A stretch of 64,000 nt of DNA from an uncultured Aquiluna sp. (GCA_913775595.1 CAJYLB010000001.1:682001-746000), one strand, 5' to 3'. Positions 29,741 to 40,298 are shown, counted from the first letter of the stretch. The notes: a model not told the origin generated them from the letters alone. Numbers and translations: made by a program.

Positions 29741-31231
29741 TTACAAGCCGAAAGAGCTGCCCTTTGAGCCATCTGATCCATAGGTTAGCCCAGCATTTTC
29801 GGCAGCCCGCTTGGCTGGATTCCCACTCTTAGAGCCCTTTTTCTTCTTGTCTTTCTTTTTGCCGCCAATGTAGCCGCCGCCTTTTGCGCCGCCCATCATG
29901 ACCGGGTTAGTTCCGGGAAGGTTTGGGGCACCTCCCTTAGACATTGTTTTCATCATCTTGGCGGCCTGTTCAAAACGCTGCATCAGCTGATTTACATCAG
30001 TGACTGTAGTGCCCGAGCCTTTCGCGATCCTCATTCTCCTGGAGCCATTCAGCAACCTTGGCTGCTGTCTCTCCTTGGGGGTCATGGAGCGGATTATTGC
30101 CTCAGTTCGATCAATCATCTTCTCGTCGAACTCCTCGAGATTCTGCTTCATTTGTCCAGCTCCGGGAAGCATGGACATGATCCCCTTCATGCTTCCGAGC
30201 TTTCGCAGCTGCTGCATCTGATCCAGAAAGTCCTGGAGCGTAAACTGGTCCTGCGCAATCTTCTGAGCAAGCTTCTCGCTTTCCTCTTCATCAAAAGCCT
30301 TCTGGGCCTGCTCGATAAGCGTGAGAATGTCGCCCATGTCGAGAATCCTGCTCGCCATGCGATCCGGGTAGAAGGGTTCGAAAGCCTCAAGGCCCTCTCC
30401 GGTCGAGCTAAACAAAATGGGTGCGCCAGTGATGGTTGCAACGGATAACGCTGCGCCACCTCTTGCGTCTCCATCCAGCTTGGTAAGCACAACTCCAGTG
30501 ACTCCAACGCCCTCCTTGAAGGCCGTAGCCACATTCACCGCGTCCTGTCCGAGCATGGAGTCAATGACAAAAAGTAGCTCGTCTGGCTCGGTCGCCTCGC
30601 GAATTTCTCTTGCCTGCTGCATCATCTCTTCATCGATGCCAGTTCGACCTGCGGTGTCGATAATGACAACCGAGTGCTGGTCTTTCTTGGCCTTTTCTAC
30701 TCCCTTTTTCGCCACCACGACAGGATCACCCTGGCCGTTTCCCGTCTCAGGCGCGAATACAGGGACGCCAACTTTCTCGCCTAGGACCTCCAGCTGTGTT
30801 ACAGCGTTGGGGCGCTGAAGATCACAGGCCACAAGCAGAGGTGTCTGATTCTGGTCTTTAAGCCATTTGGCTAACTTCCCAGCCAAGGTTGTTTTTCCCG
30901 ACCCCTGGAGGCCGGCAAGCATCAGGACCGTAGGTGGCGTCTTGGAGAATGAAAGCTTTTTGGCCTCTCCACCCAAAATGGAAATCAACTCATCTTGAAC
31001 AATTTGAACCACTTGCTGGGCCGGGTTGAGAGCCTTTGATACCTCGTCACCCAAAGCGCGATCGCGAATTTTGGCAATGAAGTCCTTGACTACATCTAGG
31101 GCGACATCTGCCTCAAGCAACGCCCTGCGAATGTCCCTCAGGGTCTCATCAATGTCCGCGGCTGAGAGTTTGCCCTTGCCTTTTAGGCTCTTGAAGGTTC
31201 CGCTTAGGCGATCCGAAAGATTGTCAAACAA
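29741..31231 (-). CDS. ffh: Signal recognition particle protein Ffh
   Basis: ALLEADV, GLQGSGKTT, DTAGR, TKLDGDARGGAALS, RRMRIAKGSG; AAGGAG SD before TTG 31231. Confidence 0.96.
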   Translation of the reverse strand: MFDNLSDRLSGTFKSLKGKGKLSAADIDETLRDIRRALLEADVALDVVKDFIAKIRDRALGDEVSKALNPAQQVVQIVQDELISILGGEAKKLSFSKTPPTVLMLAGLQGSGKTTLAGKLAKWLKDQNQTPLLVACDLQRPNAVTQLEVLGEKVGVPVFAPETGNGQGDPVVVAKKGVEKAKKDQHSVVIIDTAGRTGIDEEMMQQAREIREATEPDELLFVIDSMLGQDAVNVATAFKEGVGVTGVVLTKLDGDARGGAALSVATITGAPILFSSTGEGLEAFEPFYPDRMASRILDMGDILTLIEQAQKAFDEEESEKLAQKIAQDQFTLQDFLDQMQQLRKLGSMKGIMSMLPGAGQMKQNLEEFDEKMIDRTEAIIRSMTPKERQQPRLLNGSRRMRIAKGSGTTVTDVNQLMQRFEQAAKMMKTMSKGGAPNLPGTNPVMMGGAKGGGYIGGKKKDKKKKGSKSGNPAKRAAENAGLTYGSDGSKGSSFGL

Positions 31232-31292
31232 CCTGTGACTCCTTTTGTTACCGCCAAAGCCTAATCTAGAGCGCTGGCAATAGTCTTGACAG

Positions 31293-31637
31293 GTGGGCAA
31301 AGATGGAAAGCTGGGGCAGCTCCTGAGGGGGGTTGTTGCGGCACTAGTTTTTTCAATTCTGGGAACCGTTTTTCATCAAACCGTTGTCTCGGGTCTACCG
31401 CTGGGGCTCGTGATTGCACTGTCCTCTCTGTTTATTTACTCCCTCTCAATTCGGTCGCTTCCAATGCAATCCTGGGCCTTTGCCATTGCGGTATCGGCCT
31501 TGGTTTTTGTTTTCTCGCAAGATGTTGGCCAAGACGTTCTCATCCCCGCGACGACAACCGGATTTGTTTGGTCATATGGAGCAATTGCCACTGCTTTGTT
31601 TGTTGCGATGTTTCCCAGACTCCGAAAGGGTGACTAG
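31293..31637 (+). CDS. Small multi-TM membrane protein of unknown function
   Basis: Hydrophobic 114-aa ORF (GTVFH, QDVLIP, FVWSYG); TAGTCT -10 lies 6 nt before GTG. Confidence 0.6.
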   Translation: MGKDGKLGQLLRGVVAALVFSILGTVFHQTVVSGLPLGLVIALSSLFIYSLSIRSLPMQSWAFAIAVSALVFVFSQDVGQDVLIPATTTGFVWSYGAIATALFVAMFPRLRKGD

Positions 31638-32530
31638 CGCCGTTGGCACCGAGGGCAGAAATAGGAAGAGCGATTAGCCCAGGCCTCTCGCTTGATTAGG
31701 CTGCCGCAACGCTCGCAAGGTAGACCCGCTCTGCTGTAAGCGTTGAGGTCCTGAGAGAAGTAGCCGGACTCGCCATTTACGTTTTTGTACTGCTCATCAA
31801 AGCTTGTGCCGCCGCGCCTCACAGCTTCCTTGAGGACATCGGACGCGTTTTCCAATAACTCATCTAGTTTTTTTGTGGATATCGAGCTTGCTGGCTTATC
31901 GAAGTGGAGTCTGGTTCTCCATAGGCTTTCGTCAGCATAAATGTTTCCGATCCCACTTAGAAGGTTTTGATCTAGTAGCACGCGCTTGATCCCTGAATTG
32001 CGCCTTCGCATCTTTGAAATCACTAGGCCCTTATCAAATTTGGAATCCAAGAGATCGCGCGCGATGTGTGCAACGGAGGCAGGAATCAAAGGCATAGGCT
32101 CCACTTCCGGGGAATACCCGCCGGGCAACCCGCCTTCAACTTGAACCAGGTCATCAACTTGCATGCCACCGAAAAGTCGTTGATCAACAAAACGCATCTC
32201 AATTTGATCTCCCGAGGGCTTTTCTAGAGAAATCACAATTCTGGTCAGGTTGTCCGCGGTATAGCCCTTGGATCTGACAAGAACCTGACCACTCATACCT
32301 AGATGGCAAACAAGTGCTCTCTCCTGAGAAACCGGCAGCCACAAAAACTTGCCCCTGCGCACTACTCCCCCAAGTTCAGCGTCCATTAGTTCAGATGTGA
32401 ACCCAGCTGGCCCAGAAAAATTACGCTTTAGGCTTCGAGTGTCGTGAACCTCAATTGCAGTGACTCTTGCGCTTATGACATGAGCTGCAAGTCCAGCGCG
32501 CACTGTCTCGACTTCTGGAAGCTCAGGCAC
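31634..32530 (-). CDS. mutM: Formamidopyrimidine-DNA glycosylase Fpg
   Basis: MPELPEVE, RRGKFL, HLGMSG, GIGNIYADE, C-terminal CxxC...CxxC zinc finger. Confidence 0.96.
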   Translation of the reverse strand: MPELPEVETVRAGLAAHVISARVTAIEVHDTRSLKRNFSGPAGFTSELMDAELGGVVRRGKFLWLPVSQERALVCHLGMSGQVLVRSKGYTADNLTRIVISLEKPSGDQIEMRFVDQRLFGGMQVDDLVQVEGGLPGGYSPEVEPMPLIPASVAHIARDLLDSKFDKGLVISKMRRRNSGIKRVLLDQNLLSGIGNIYADESLWRTRLHFDKPASSISTKKLDELLENASDVLKEAVRRGGTSFDEQYKNVNGESGYFSQDLNAYSRAGLPCERCGSLIKREAWANRSSYFCPRCQRR

Positions 32531-33201
32531 TAGCGCTCCGCTAGATTGCGCAAGGCTGCTAGGGCTGCATCGGTTTCGGCCTTGCGCTTTGTTCGTCCGC
32601 TTCCAGCACCTAACTTCTCCTCACCGGAAAAACAAATTGCGGAGTAAATCCGGTCGTGCTCTGGTCCCGTCTCTGTGAGTTCATAGCTGGGTTCGACTCT
32701 TCCTAACTTCTTCAGCTTTACGCCTAGGGAAGTCTTTGGATCGGCAAACTCCCGAAGAGCGTCAGAGTCTTCGAGCAGCGGAAGAATGTGCCGCGTGATT
32801 ATTTTGAGTGCATTATCCAAGCCGCCGTGCACGTAGGCAGCACCAATCAGGGCCTCAAAGGCATCGGCCAAGATATTTTCTTTCTTTCGGCCCTCGGTCT
32901 GCTCCTCTCCCTTACCCAGAAATAGGAACTGGCCGACATCCATCCTGTTTGCAGCCACTGCCAAAGCCTGAGCCGAAACAACAGCGTTTTTTAGCTTTGT
33001 CAGTTCACCCTCTGAGAGCTCGGGGTGAGCCGAAAAAATGTGCGAAGCAACGAGGTAGCCCAATATCGAGTCACCCAAAAACTCAAGTCTTTCGTTATTA
33101 GCTCCGCCATTCTCATAGGCGAAGGAGGAGTGAGTCAGGGCGAGCTTGAGAAGCTCGGGAGAAATATCAGCCCCAAGCCGCGCGAGCAGCTCGTCAGACA
33201 T
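32530..33201 (-). CDS. rnc: Ribonuclease III
   Basis: NERLEFLGDSILG, ADAFEALIGA, C-terminal dsRBD. Confidence 0.96.
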   Translation of the reverse strand: MSDELLARLGADISPELLKLALTHSSFAYENGGANNERLEFLGDSILGYLVASHIFSAHPELSEGELTKLKNAVVSAQALAVAANRMDVGQFLFLGKGEEQTEGRKKENILADAFEALIGAAYVHGGLDNALKIITRHILPLLEDSDALREFADPKTSLGVKLKKLGRVEPSYELTETGPEHDRIYSAICFSGEEKLGAGSGRTKRKAETDAALAALRNLAER

Positions 33202-33206
33202 TTTGG

Positions 33207-33410
33207 TTAGCTGTCAGCTACTTTGCGGCCCTTGTACTCCATGTAGAGCTCAGTTCCGACGGAGTCGGTGACGACCTTGGCCCTGTGAGGCAGGCTGTAA
33301 ACTGTCTCGCCATTCTCGACGGTCTTTACCAGGGTGACTGGCTGCGCCTTCCACTGCGAACGACGTGCGTGAGTGTTGGCACGAGACTTACGCCTTTTTG
33401 GTACTGGCAT
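33207..33410 (-). CDS. rpmF: 50S ribosomal protein L32 (cysteine-free)
   Basis: [22 protein letters not shown]; directly upstream of rnc. Confidence 0.93.
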   Translation of the reverse strand: MPVPKRRKSRANTHARRSQWKAQPVTLVKTVENGETVYSLPHRAKVVTDSVGTELYMEYKGRKVADS

Positions 33411-33552
33411 TGTTGTAGCTCCTCATTTGGCCCGCTCAAACCGATGAGTGGGAAAAAACTTGTTGGGTTCGAATGACTGGCATCTTAGAAACCTCAGAAA
33501 GCTTACTTGAAAACTCCCGGCATTCCAAGAAAAACCTCTAAGCCCCACTCCC

Positions 33553-33870
33553 CTAGTTGTTGGGAGGCAAGGCTGCAACGAGGGGATGGTCACCTGGGAT
33601 GGGGCCAGTTTTAGCTGCGCCGCCAGGGGAGCCAACCTCGTTGAAAAAATCTACGTTTACGGAGTAGTAATCGCTCCACTCTCCAGGCAAATCGTCTTCG
33701 TAGTAGATGGCCTCCACGGGGCAGACTGGCTCGCATGCACCGCAATCTACACACTCGTCCGGGTGAATGTAGAGCATTCGATCGCCCTCGTAGATGCAGT
33801 CAACAGGACACTCGTCGATGCAAGCCTTATCCTTCAAATCCACGCAGGGAAGGGCTATAACGTAGGTCAA
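33553..33870 (-). CDS. fdxA: 7Fe dicluster ferredoxin (FdxA type)
   Basis: PCVDLKDKACIDECPVDCIY...ECVDCGACEPVCPVEAI. Confidence 0.92.
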   Translation of the reverse strand: MTYVIALPCVDLKDKACIDECPVDCIYEGDRMLYIHPDECVDCGACEPVCPVEAIYYEDDLPGEWSDYYSVNVDFFNEVGSPGGAAKTGPIPGDHPLVAALPPNN

Positions 33871-33929
33871 CTGTCTACTCCTCGAAAACTCTCATAGTCT
33901 AAATCAGAGCGCTTTGAAATTTAGTCCCG

Positions 33930-35096
33930 TCAGGCATTCTTGGACGATTTTCTCGCAACCAATCCCTTCGCAAACTCCTCGGCGGAGAAAAAAGCGAAAT
34001 CATTGATTCCCTCACCCACGCCAACGAGCTTTACGGGCAGGTTTAGCTGCTGCTGAATGGTGTACAAAATTCCGCCTTTTGCAGTGCCATCGAGCTTTGT
34101 CATTGTTATACCCGTCACATCGGCTACTTCTGTGAAAGCCTTCGCCTGGGAGAGTGCGTTTTGGCCAGTAGTGGCATCGATTACGAGCATTACCTCGTTA
34201 ATTTGGGCAAGCTTCTCGACCGCGCGACGAATCTTTCCCAGCTCATCCATAAGGTCTTTCTTGTTCTGAAGGCGTCCGGCAGTATCAATAATTGCGATGT
34301 CGGCGTCTTTTTTGATTGCCAGTTCAACGGTCTGATATGCGACAGACGCCGGATCTTGGCCCTCTCGCTCAGGCTTAACTATTTCAACTCCCGAACGATT
34401 TGCCCAAGTTGCTAACTGGTCAACCGCCGCAGCTCGGAACGTATCAGCCGCCCCCAAAACAACTTCCCACTCACCATCGCTAAGCCATTTGGCCAGCTTC
34501 CCAATCGTGGTTGTTTTGCCAGCCCCATTGACTCCAACGACCAAAAAAACGTAGGGAAGCTTGCCATCGGCAAGATTCAGCTGGGCATCGTCCCTCTCCA
34601 GCCTTGCGACTAAGAGATCCTTCAGCAAGAGCCTTAGCTCAGCATCAGAGGTTGCTCCGCTCTTATTTGCCTTCTTTCTCAAATCCTCAGTTATCTCGAC
34701 AGAAGCCTCTACCCCAAAATCCGCCAGCAAAAGGATGTCCTCGAGCTCGTCAATATCAAGATTCGATGAGAAAAGCGACCTAATTCCATCGCCTAGAGAG
34801 CGTTTGGGGAGTTCAACCTCTTCAATTGGCTCTTCTTTTGCAACGGGAACAGTTGGAGCTTCAGGCTGCTCTTCTTTGACAGGCTTCGGCTTGTCCTTCG
34901 GAGTTGTAAGCGGCTGTGCGGGGATTTCTGGCTCAGCATCGATTCCCACATGCTGGGGTTCAGGATCTTTTGTAAGGTCCGGGGCAGCGACGACTGCTTC
35001 GGGGGTTGCGGGTGCAGCAACCTCCGTGGTGACTTCGTCCTGGACCTTGGTTGAGTCCTCTTTTTTGGAACGAAGACGCTTGAGAAACTTGAACAT
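33930..35096 (-). CDS. ftsY: SRP receptor FtsY
   Basis: Acidic Pro-rich N-region, GVNGAGKTTTIGK, DTFRAAA, DTAGRL, TKLDGTAKGG. Confidence 0.96.
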   Translation of the reverse strand: MFKFLKRLRSKKEDSTKVQDEVTTEVAAPATPEAVVAAPDLTKDPEPQHVGIDAEPEIPAQPLTTPKDKPKPVKEEQPEAPTVPVAKEEPIEEVELPKRSLGDGIRSLFSSNLDIDELEDILLLADFGVEASVEITEDLRKKANKSGATSDAELRLLLKDLLVARLERDDAQLNLADGKLPYVFLVVGVNGAGKTTTIGKLAKWLSDGEWEVVLGAADTFRAAAVDQLATWANRSGVEIVKPEREGQDPASVAYQTVELAIKKDADIAIIDTAGRLQNKKDLMDELGKIRRAVEKLAQINEVMLVIDATTGQNALSQAKAFTEVADVTGITMTKLDGTAKGGILYTIQQQLNLPVKLVGVGEGINDFAFFSAEEFAKGLVARKSSKNA

Positions 35097-38000
35097 TAGC
35101 CGACCCGCTCGAGCCTCTCACCAACAACTTGGGTGACGCCGTCTTTGCCCATGCTTACTCCATAAAGCGCATCGGCTATCTCCATGGTTCGCTTCTGGTG
35201 AGTCACGATTATCAACTGCGAAGAGTCTCTGAGCTCTTCCAGAACCGCTAGGAGCCTCCCTAAGTTCGTATCATCTAACGCGGCCTCAACCTCATCCAAA
35301 ACATAAAAGGGGCTTGGTCGCGCCTTGAAAATGGCAACCAGCAATGCGAGGGCCGCAAGCGATCGCTCTCCACCGGATAGCAGACTCATTCTCTCGATTC
35401 GCTTTCCCGCAGGCTTCACTGAAACTTCAACGCCGAGTTCCTGACCTTCATCCCCAACAAGAGTGAGCGACCCTTGACCCCCCGGGAAGAGAATTGGGAA
35501 CACTCGCTCAAAGCTCTTCTTGGTGTCCTCAAATGCGGCTGCAAAAGTGCTTTGCATCTTCTCGTTGAGGTCAGAGATGATCGAAAGTAGGTCTTTCTTC
35601 GCGTCGCTCAGGTCTGCAAACTGTTCCGAAAGATACTTATGTCTCTCTTCCAAAGCTGCAAACTCCTCGAGAGCAAGAGGATTAATCGAGCCGAGCTGAG
35701 AAAGTCGCGACTCGGCTTTGCGCAAAGCCCTTTCAAGATCTTCAATCGAGTTCTCCTGATCAGGATGCCCCACGTCTTGAATTAGCTCATCAGAACTCAA
35801 GCCCAAGTCGGCGGAAATACGCTCGCCGAGGGTACTCAGTTGAAGCCTTAGCTCATACGAGCGCATCTCAGAGTCCTGGACCCCCTGACCCAGTGTCAAA
35901 TGACGCTCATCCAGCTCAGTGACCGAAGCACGTAGCTCGGCTAGACGGTTTGTCTTCTGTGTGCGGGCATCCTGAAGCTCACGCAAATCAATTCGCGTAG
36001 CAGACAAAAGAGAGTCGATTGTCGGAAGTAGTCTCTCAATGGCTGCCATGACAACCTGCGCCCTAGCCACCCTGTCTCTGCCAGCGGCCTCAGCTGCAAA
36101 ACGTTCGTTGCGCAATTTCTCCGCCCTCTCGAGGCGAGCTCGAATCGCTTCTGCCTCGCGCTTCAGGCCCGCCTTGCGCTCAACAAGGGCTCCAAGCTCA
36201 ACTCGAAAATCTGTCTCCGCCTGGCGACTGCGCTCCAAGCCTGCAACGAGCCCGGATCGCTTCTCGCTGTCGATTGTGAACTCGCCAACTGGCACCTCTG
36301 CCAAGGACTGCTCGAGCGCTTCAATTGCACTTTCTCGATTTGCAAGTTCCGCGTCTTTTTCTTCGAGCTCGGCTCCGAGCCTGATCCTCTCTTGTTTTGC
36401 ACCCTCGAGTTGACCCATGAGTCGACCTAGCGACTCTGCTTTAGCAGCCAGCTCTGCGTCGTGCGACTGCAACGCAGCCAGCTTCTTCTGGACGTCCTCG
36501 GTGGCGTCATTTAGGTTCTGCCGCTGGTTGGCATAGGAGCTTGCGGCTGCCTGAATCTCACCCTCAAGTCCACTAATTTTGGCCAGCGTTTCTGCTCGTT
36601 GAGCCGCGAGTTCAAGCTTGGACGGAGCCCTTTTACCACCACCCGCAATCAAGGTTTGAGAAAAATAATCTCCTTCTTTGGTGATCATGATTTTCGATCC
36701 AGCCTCGGCCGCCTCCAGGAGCTTACGAGCCTCATTTATGTCTTCGACAATCCAAATATCTGAAAGCAGCGTAATTACAGGTGCAGGCCCTTCAACCACC
36801 GAGGATGCCGAAACGGCTCCCTCAGGAGCTGATTGCCCCCCTCGAGTTGCCGGACCAGATGCCACCAAGAAATCAGCACGACCCAACTCTTGAGACTTCA
36901 GGTAGTCAAGGTTTGCCAACGCGGATTCTCGGTCTTCAGCGAGAAGCGAGTTTGCAAGAGGTCCAAGCGCAACTGCTACTGCTGTCTCATATCCCTTGTC
37001 TATGGACATGCTGTCCGCAAGCAGCCCCAACACTCCCGGAATCTTTGCCTTTAGGGCGTCAGAAACTCCATCACCCTGGTCTAGCGTCAAACCCAGTGCC
37101 GCGTGTTTTGCCTCAAGGGAGTCTTTCTGGCGCTCCAACTCGTGGAGTTTTGCCTGGCTGTCTTCCAGTTCCTTTCGAAGCTGAATCTCTGTTTCGGCGG
37201 CACGCTGATAAGCTGCCCGAAGACCCTCATCTGAAACTGAACCTTCTGGGGACTTCTCCGCCACCTCACTCTCCATGCGAGAGATTCTCGAATCGAGATC
37301 TGACGCTGCATCCCGAAGTGACGCCCGCTTTTCTTGCTCAAGGGAGATTTGATTCTTCAATTGCTCCAAAGACGCAACCCGCCCGAGGTGTTCATTGACT
37401 ACTCGATCGTGCTCAGTCTTTTGCCGCGAGGTTTCTGACTCGAACTCCTCCAGAGCGTTTGCTGCCTGAACCCTGCTTTCGACCAGCAGCTGGAGATTTG
37501 ACTCTCGTTCACTAACCTCACCTGCAATCTCATCAAGCAGCTGTTGGGTAGAGGCAAGCTCACTCTCAAGCGCCTGGCTTGAGCTGATGTCAGCCTCTGT
37601 GCTCTCCTGTTGCATCTGGGTCTGCTGTCTTGCCAAGTTGCTAACCGAACGAACGCGCGTTTCTAGGTTTTCAAGAGCAAATTGCCTATCCCGGGCCGTG
37701 TCAAATTGGGAAGAAGTCAGGGAGCTTTCAATCTCTGCGATTGCCCTCTTCGCAGCAGTAAGTTGCTCCGAGACTAATGAGGCTTCCGCTTTGCGCTTCG
37801 ATTCGTCTTGAGACACGAGCTCCAAGTCTTCTCGAAGCTTGCGAACTTGAATCGCAAAAATTTGACTCTTGAGCTCCCTCGCCTCAGCTGCAATCTCTTT
37901 CGCTTGTTGAGCTACCTCAGCCTGACGACCCAGCGGTCTAAGGCTGCGCTTTACCTCCGAGATAAGGTCGCTAAGCCGAGTCAGATTTGTCTGCATGGAC

Positions 38001-38545
38001 TCAAGCTTCCGCTCGGTCTTTTCCTTGCGGCGGCGGTATTTCAATACACCCGAGGCTTCCTCAATTAGAGCCCTGCGCTCCAATGGATTGGCCCTGAGCA
38101 CGCCGTCTAATTGGCCCTGGCCAACGATTGAGTGCATCTCGCGGCCCAGGCCCGAATCACTGAGTAACTCCTGGACATCAAGCAACCTACAAGCCTCACC
38201 GTTGATTGCATATTCGCTGGTCCCATTCCTGTAGAGGGTCCTTGAAATGGTGACCTCTGAATACTCAATTGGCAGGATGCCGGATGAGTTGTCAATTGAA
38301 AGTTTTACCTCGGCTCTGCCAAGCGGCGATCGATTGGCTGTACCGGCAAAAATTACGTCTTCCATCTTGCCGCCACGGAGACTCTTGGTTCCCTGCTCGC
38401 CCATGACCCAAGCCAGCGCATCTACAACGTTTGACTTGCCTGAGCCATTTGGCCCAACAACGCAGGTTATGCCTTTCTCGAAGGAAAGGTTGGTCGCTCC
38501 AGCAAAGGACTTAAACCCTTGAAGAGTGATTTGTTTGAGATGCAC
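35096..38545 (-). CDS. smc: Chromosome segregation protein SMC
   Basis: GFKSF, GPNGSGKSN, coiled coils with hinge, LSGGE, LDEVEAALD. Confidence 0.96.
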   Translation of the reverse strand: MHLKQITLQGFKSFAGATNLSFEKGITCVVGPNGSGKSNVVDALAWVMGEQGTKSLRGGKMEDVIFAGTANRSPLGRAEVKLSIDNSSGILPIEYSEVTISRTLYRNGTSEYAINGEACRLLDVQELLSDSGLGREMHSIVGQGQLDGVLRANPLERRALIEEASGVLKYRRRKEKTERKLESMQTNLTRLSDLISEVKRSLRPLGRQAEVAQQAKEIAAEARELKSQIFAIQVRKLREDLELVSQDESKRKAEASLVSEQLTAAKRAIAEIESSLTSSQFDTARDRQFALENLETRVRSVSNLARQQTQMQQESTEADISSSQALESELASTQQLLDEIAGEVSERESNLQLLVESRVQAANALEEFESETSRQKTEHDRVVNEHLGRVASLEQLKNQISLEQEKRASLRDAASDLDSRISRMESEVAEKSPEGSVSDEGLRAAYQRAAETEIQLRKELEDSQAKLHELERQKDSLEAKHAALGLTLDQGDGVSDALKAKIPGVLGLLADSMSIDKGYETAVAVALGPLANSLLAEDRESALANLDYLKSQELGRADFLVASGPATRGGQSAPEGAVSASSVVEGPAPVITLLSDIWIVEDINEARKLLEAAEAGSKIMITKEGDYFSQTLIAGGGKRAPSKLELAAQRAETLAKISGLEGEIQAAASSYANQRQNLNDATEDVQKKLAALQSHDAELAAKAESLGRLMGQLEGAKQERIRLGAELEEKDAELANRESAIEALEQSLAEVPVGEFTIDSEKRSGLVAGLERSRQAETDFRVELGALVERKAGLKREAEAIRARLERAEKLRNERFAAEAAGRDRVARAQVVMAAIERLLPTIDSLLSATRIDLRELQDARTQKTNRLAELRASVTELDERHLTLGQGVQDSEMRSYELRLQLSTLGERISADLGLSSDELIQDVGHPDQENSIEDLERALRKAESRLSQLGSINPLALEEFAALEERHKYLSEQFADLSDAKKDLLSIISDLNEKMQSTFAAAFEDTKKSFERVFPILFPGGQGSLTLVGDEGQELGVEVSVKPAGKRIERMSLLSGGERSLAALALLVAIFKARPSPFYVLDEVEAALDDTNLGRLLAVLEELRDSSQLIIVTHQKRTMEIADALYGVSMGKDGVTQVVGERLERVG

Positions 38546-38637
38546 GCTACCTACCTAGTCCCCCTCGAGCCTACTGAATGTTGGTTGCCACTCCGGGCGG
38601 GCCTGCCGTCGAACTCTGCGATTTTCGGTGCGAGAGA

Positions 38638-40260
38638 TTACTGTTTCCGCCTTAGTGGGTCAGGAATTGGCACAGCTTGGATTAGGCGCCGAGTGTAGTC
38701 AACAGCTGGATTCCTAAGAATTTGGTCTTTATCCCCTTGCTCAACGATCTCTCCGAGACGCATCACAGCGATACGGTCACTGAGGAGGTCCACTACCGCT
38801 AGGTCATGAGAAATGAACAGCGTTGCGAACTGTTGTTCTCGTTGAATCTCCTGAAGCAGCTCAAGCACTCGAGCTTGAACTGAAACATCAAGTGCACTGG
38901 TGGGCTCATCTGCAACTAAGAGCTTCGGGCTTAGCGCAAGTGCTCTGGCGATTCCAACGCGTTGGCGCTGGCCTCCCGAAAGTTCATGAGGATAACGGTT
39001 TCGGTAGCTCCTGGGGAGCTCCACCAGGTCAAGCAGCTCACTCACCCGATTAGTTCTGGCAGGTGAGTCCCAACCGGCAAGCAGCAGCGGTTCAGCAATC
39101 GACTGGCCGATGGGCCAACGGGGGTTCAAAGAGCTTCCCGGGTCCTGGAAAACAATGCCGATGTTGCGACGGACATCAATCAGCTGCTGCTTCGAAACCC
39201 CCACCATCGCCTGACCGTCAACCGAGAGCTCGCCACTCTTAATTGGAAGAAGGCCAACAACCGCCCTACCTATGGTGGTCTTTCCAGAACCAGACTCCCC
39301 CACCAGGCCAAGGACTTCACCTGGGTAGATATCCAAGTCGGCATCCTTGACGGCCAAAAACGCAGGAACTTTGCCCCGTTTGGGGTATTCGATGTTGAGT
39401 CCCCGCATGCGAAGCACAGGCTGTTCAGACTCTTTGCGCTCAACAACAGGCTTGGTCTCCGCGGCACCCAATTTGGGAACGGCAGCCAGTAGGTCCTTGG
39501 TGTATTGATGCTTGGGGGTCTTGAAAACGTCGAAGGTGGTGCCAGTCTCAACAACTACACCGTCCTTCATGACAATCATGAAGTCACTCAGTTCAGCAAC
39601 AACACCCATGTCATGGGTAATGAGAATCACCGCAGAATTTAGGCGCTTGTTGAGGTCTCGCATGAGGTTCAAAATTTCGGCTTGCACTGTGACATCTAGA
39701 GCCGTAGTCGGTTCATCTGCGATGAGCAGCTGCGGGTCACAGGAGATGCTCTGAGCAATCATGGCTCGTTGGCGCTGACCACCAGAAAGCTCGTGAGGGT
39801 AGGAGTTGAAGGCCTTTTCTGGATCTGGAAGTTCAACCATCTTCAATAGCTCCAGAGCCCTTACTTTGCCCTGGGCTTTGGTCATCGACTTGAAGTGGAC
39901 CTGCAAAGCCTCAACAATCTGGAAACCAACGGTGTAAACGGGGTTTAACGCCGTCATCGGCTCTTGGAAGATGACGGCTATCTCCTTACCCCGAATCTCG
40001 CGAAGCCGCTTCTTGTCTGCTCCAATTAGCTCCTCACCCTGCAGCTTCACAGAACCCGAAGCCCTTCCGTTGACCGGCAGAAGGCCCAAAAGACTCATCG
40101 CGGATGTCGACTTACCGGAGCCAGATTCACCCACTATTGCAAGCACATCCCCCGGCTTCACACTGAAGTTGACGCCGCTGGCGGCAACCACCCATTCGCC
40201 ATCAACCCAGAAATCAACTGATAGTTCGCTGGCCTGAATTATTGGCCTTGAGTTTTCCAT
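38638..40260 (-). CDS. Peptide ABC transporter ATPase, fused OppD/OppF type
   Basis: Two NBDs (GESGSGKS and GESGSGKT, YPHELSGGQRQR twice, ADEPT). Confidence 0.93.
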   Translation of the reverse strand: MENSRPIIQASELSVDFWVDGEWVVAASGVNFSVKPGDVLAIVGESGSGKSTSAMSLLGLLPVNGRASGSVKLQGEELIGADKKRLREIRGKEIAVIFQEPMTALNPVYTVGFQIVEALQVHFKSMTKAQGKVRALELLKMVELPDPEKAFNSYPHELSGGQRQRAMIAQSISCDPQLLIADEPTTALDVTVQAEILNLMRDLNKRLNSAVILITHDMGVVAELSDFMIVMKDGVVVETGTTFDVFKTPKHQYTKDLLAAVPKLGAAETKPVVERKESEQPVLRMRGLNIEYPKRGKVPAFLAVKDADLDIYPGEVLGLVGESGSGKTTIGRAVVGLLPIKSGELSVDGQAMVGVSKQQLIDVRRNIGIVFQDPGSSLNPRWPIGQSIAEPLLLAGWDSPARTNRVSELLDLVELPRSYRNRYPHELSGGQRQRVGIARALALSPKLLVADEPTSALDVSVQARVLELLQEIQREQQFATLFISHDLAVVDLLSDRIAVMRLGEIVEQGDKDQILRNPAVDYTRRLIQAVPIPDPLRRKQ

Positions 40261-40298
40261 TAGCTCAAAACCTCCCTTGGCCGTGAAAGACTTCTAGG

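Noticed and set aside
31232..31637. A second bridge ORF across the antisense gene between mutM and ffh
   Set aside because: No continuous minus-strand frame from the mutM stop; ffh has its own TAGGCT -10 and SD
38546..38637. Possible SRP RNA or other ncRNA near smc/ftsY
   Set aside because: No SRP helix-8 motif or convincing stem; contains a TAGGCT -10 and SD for smc
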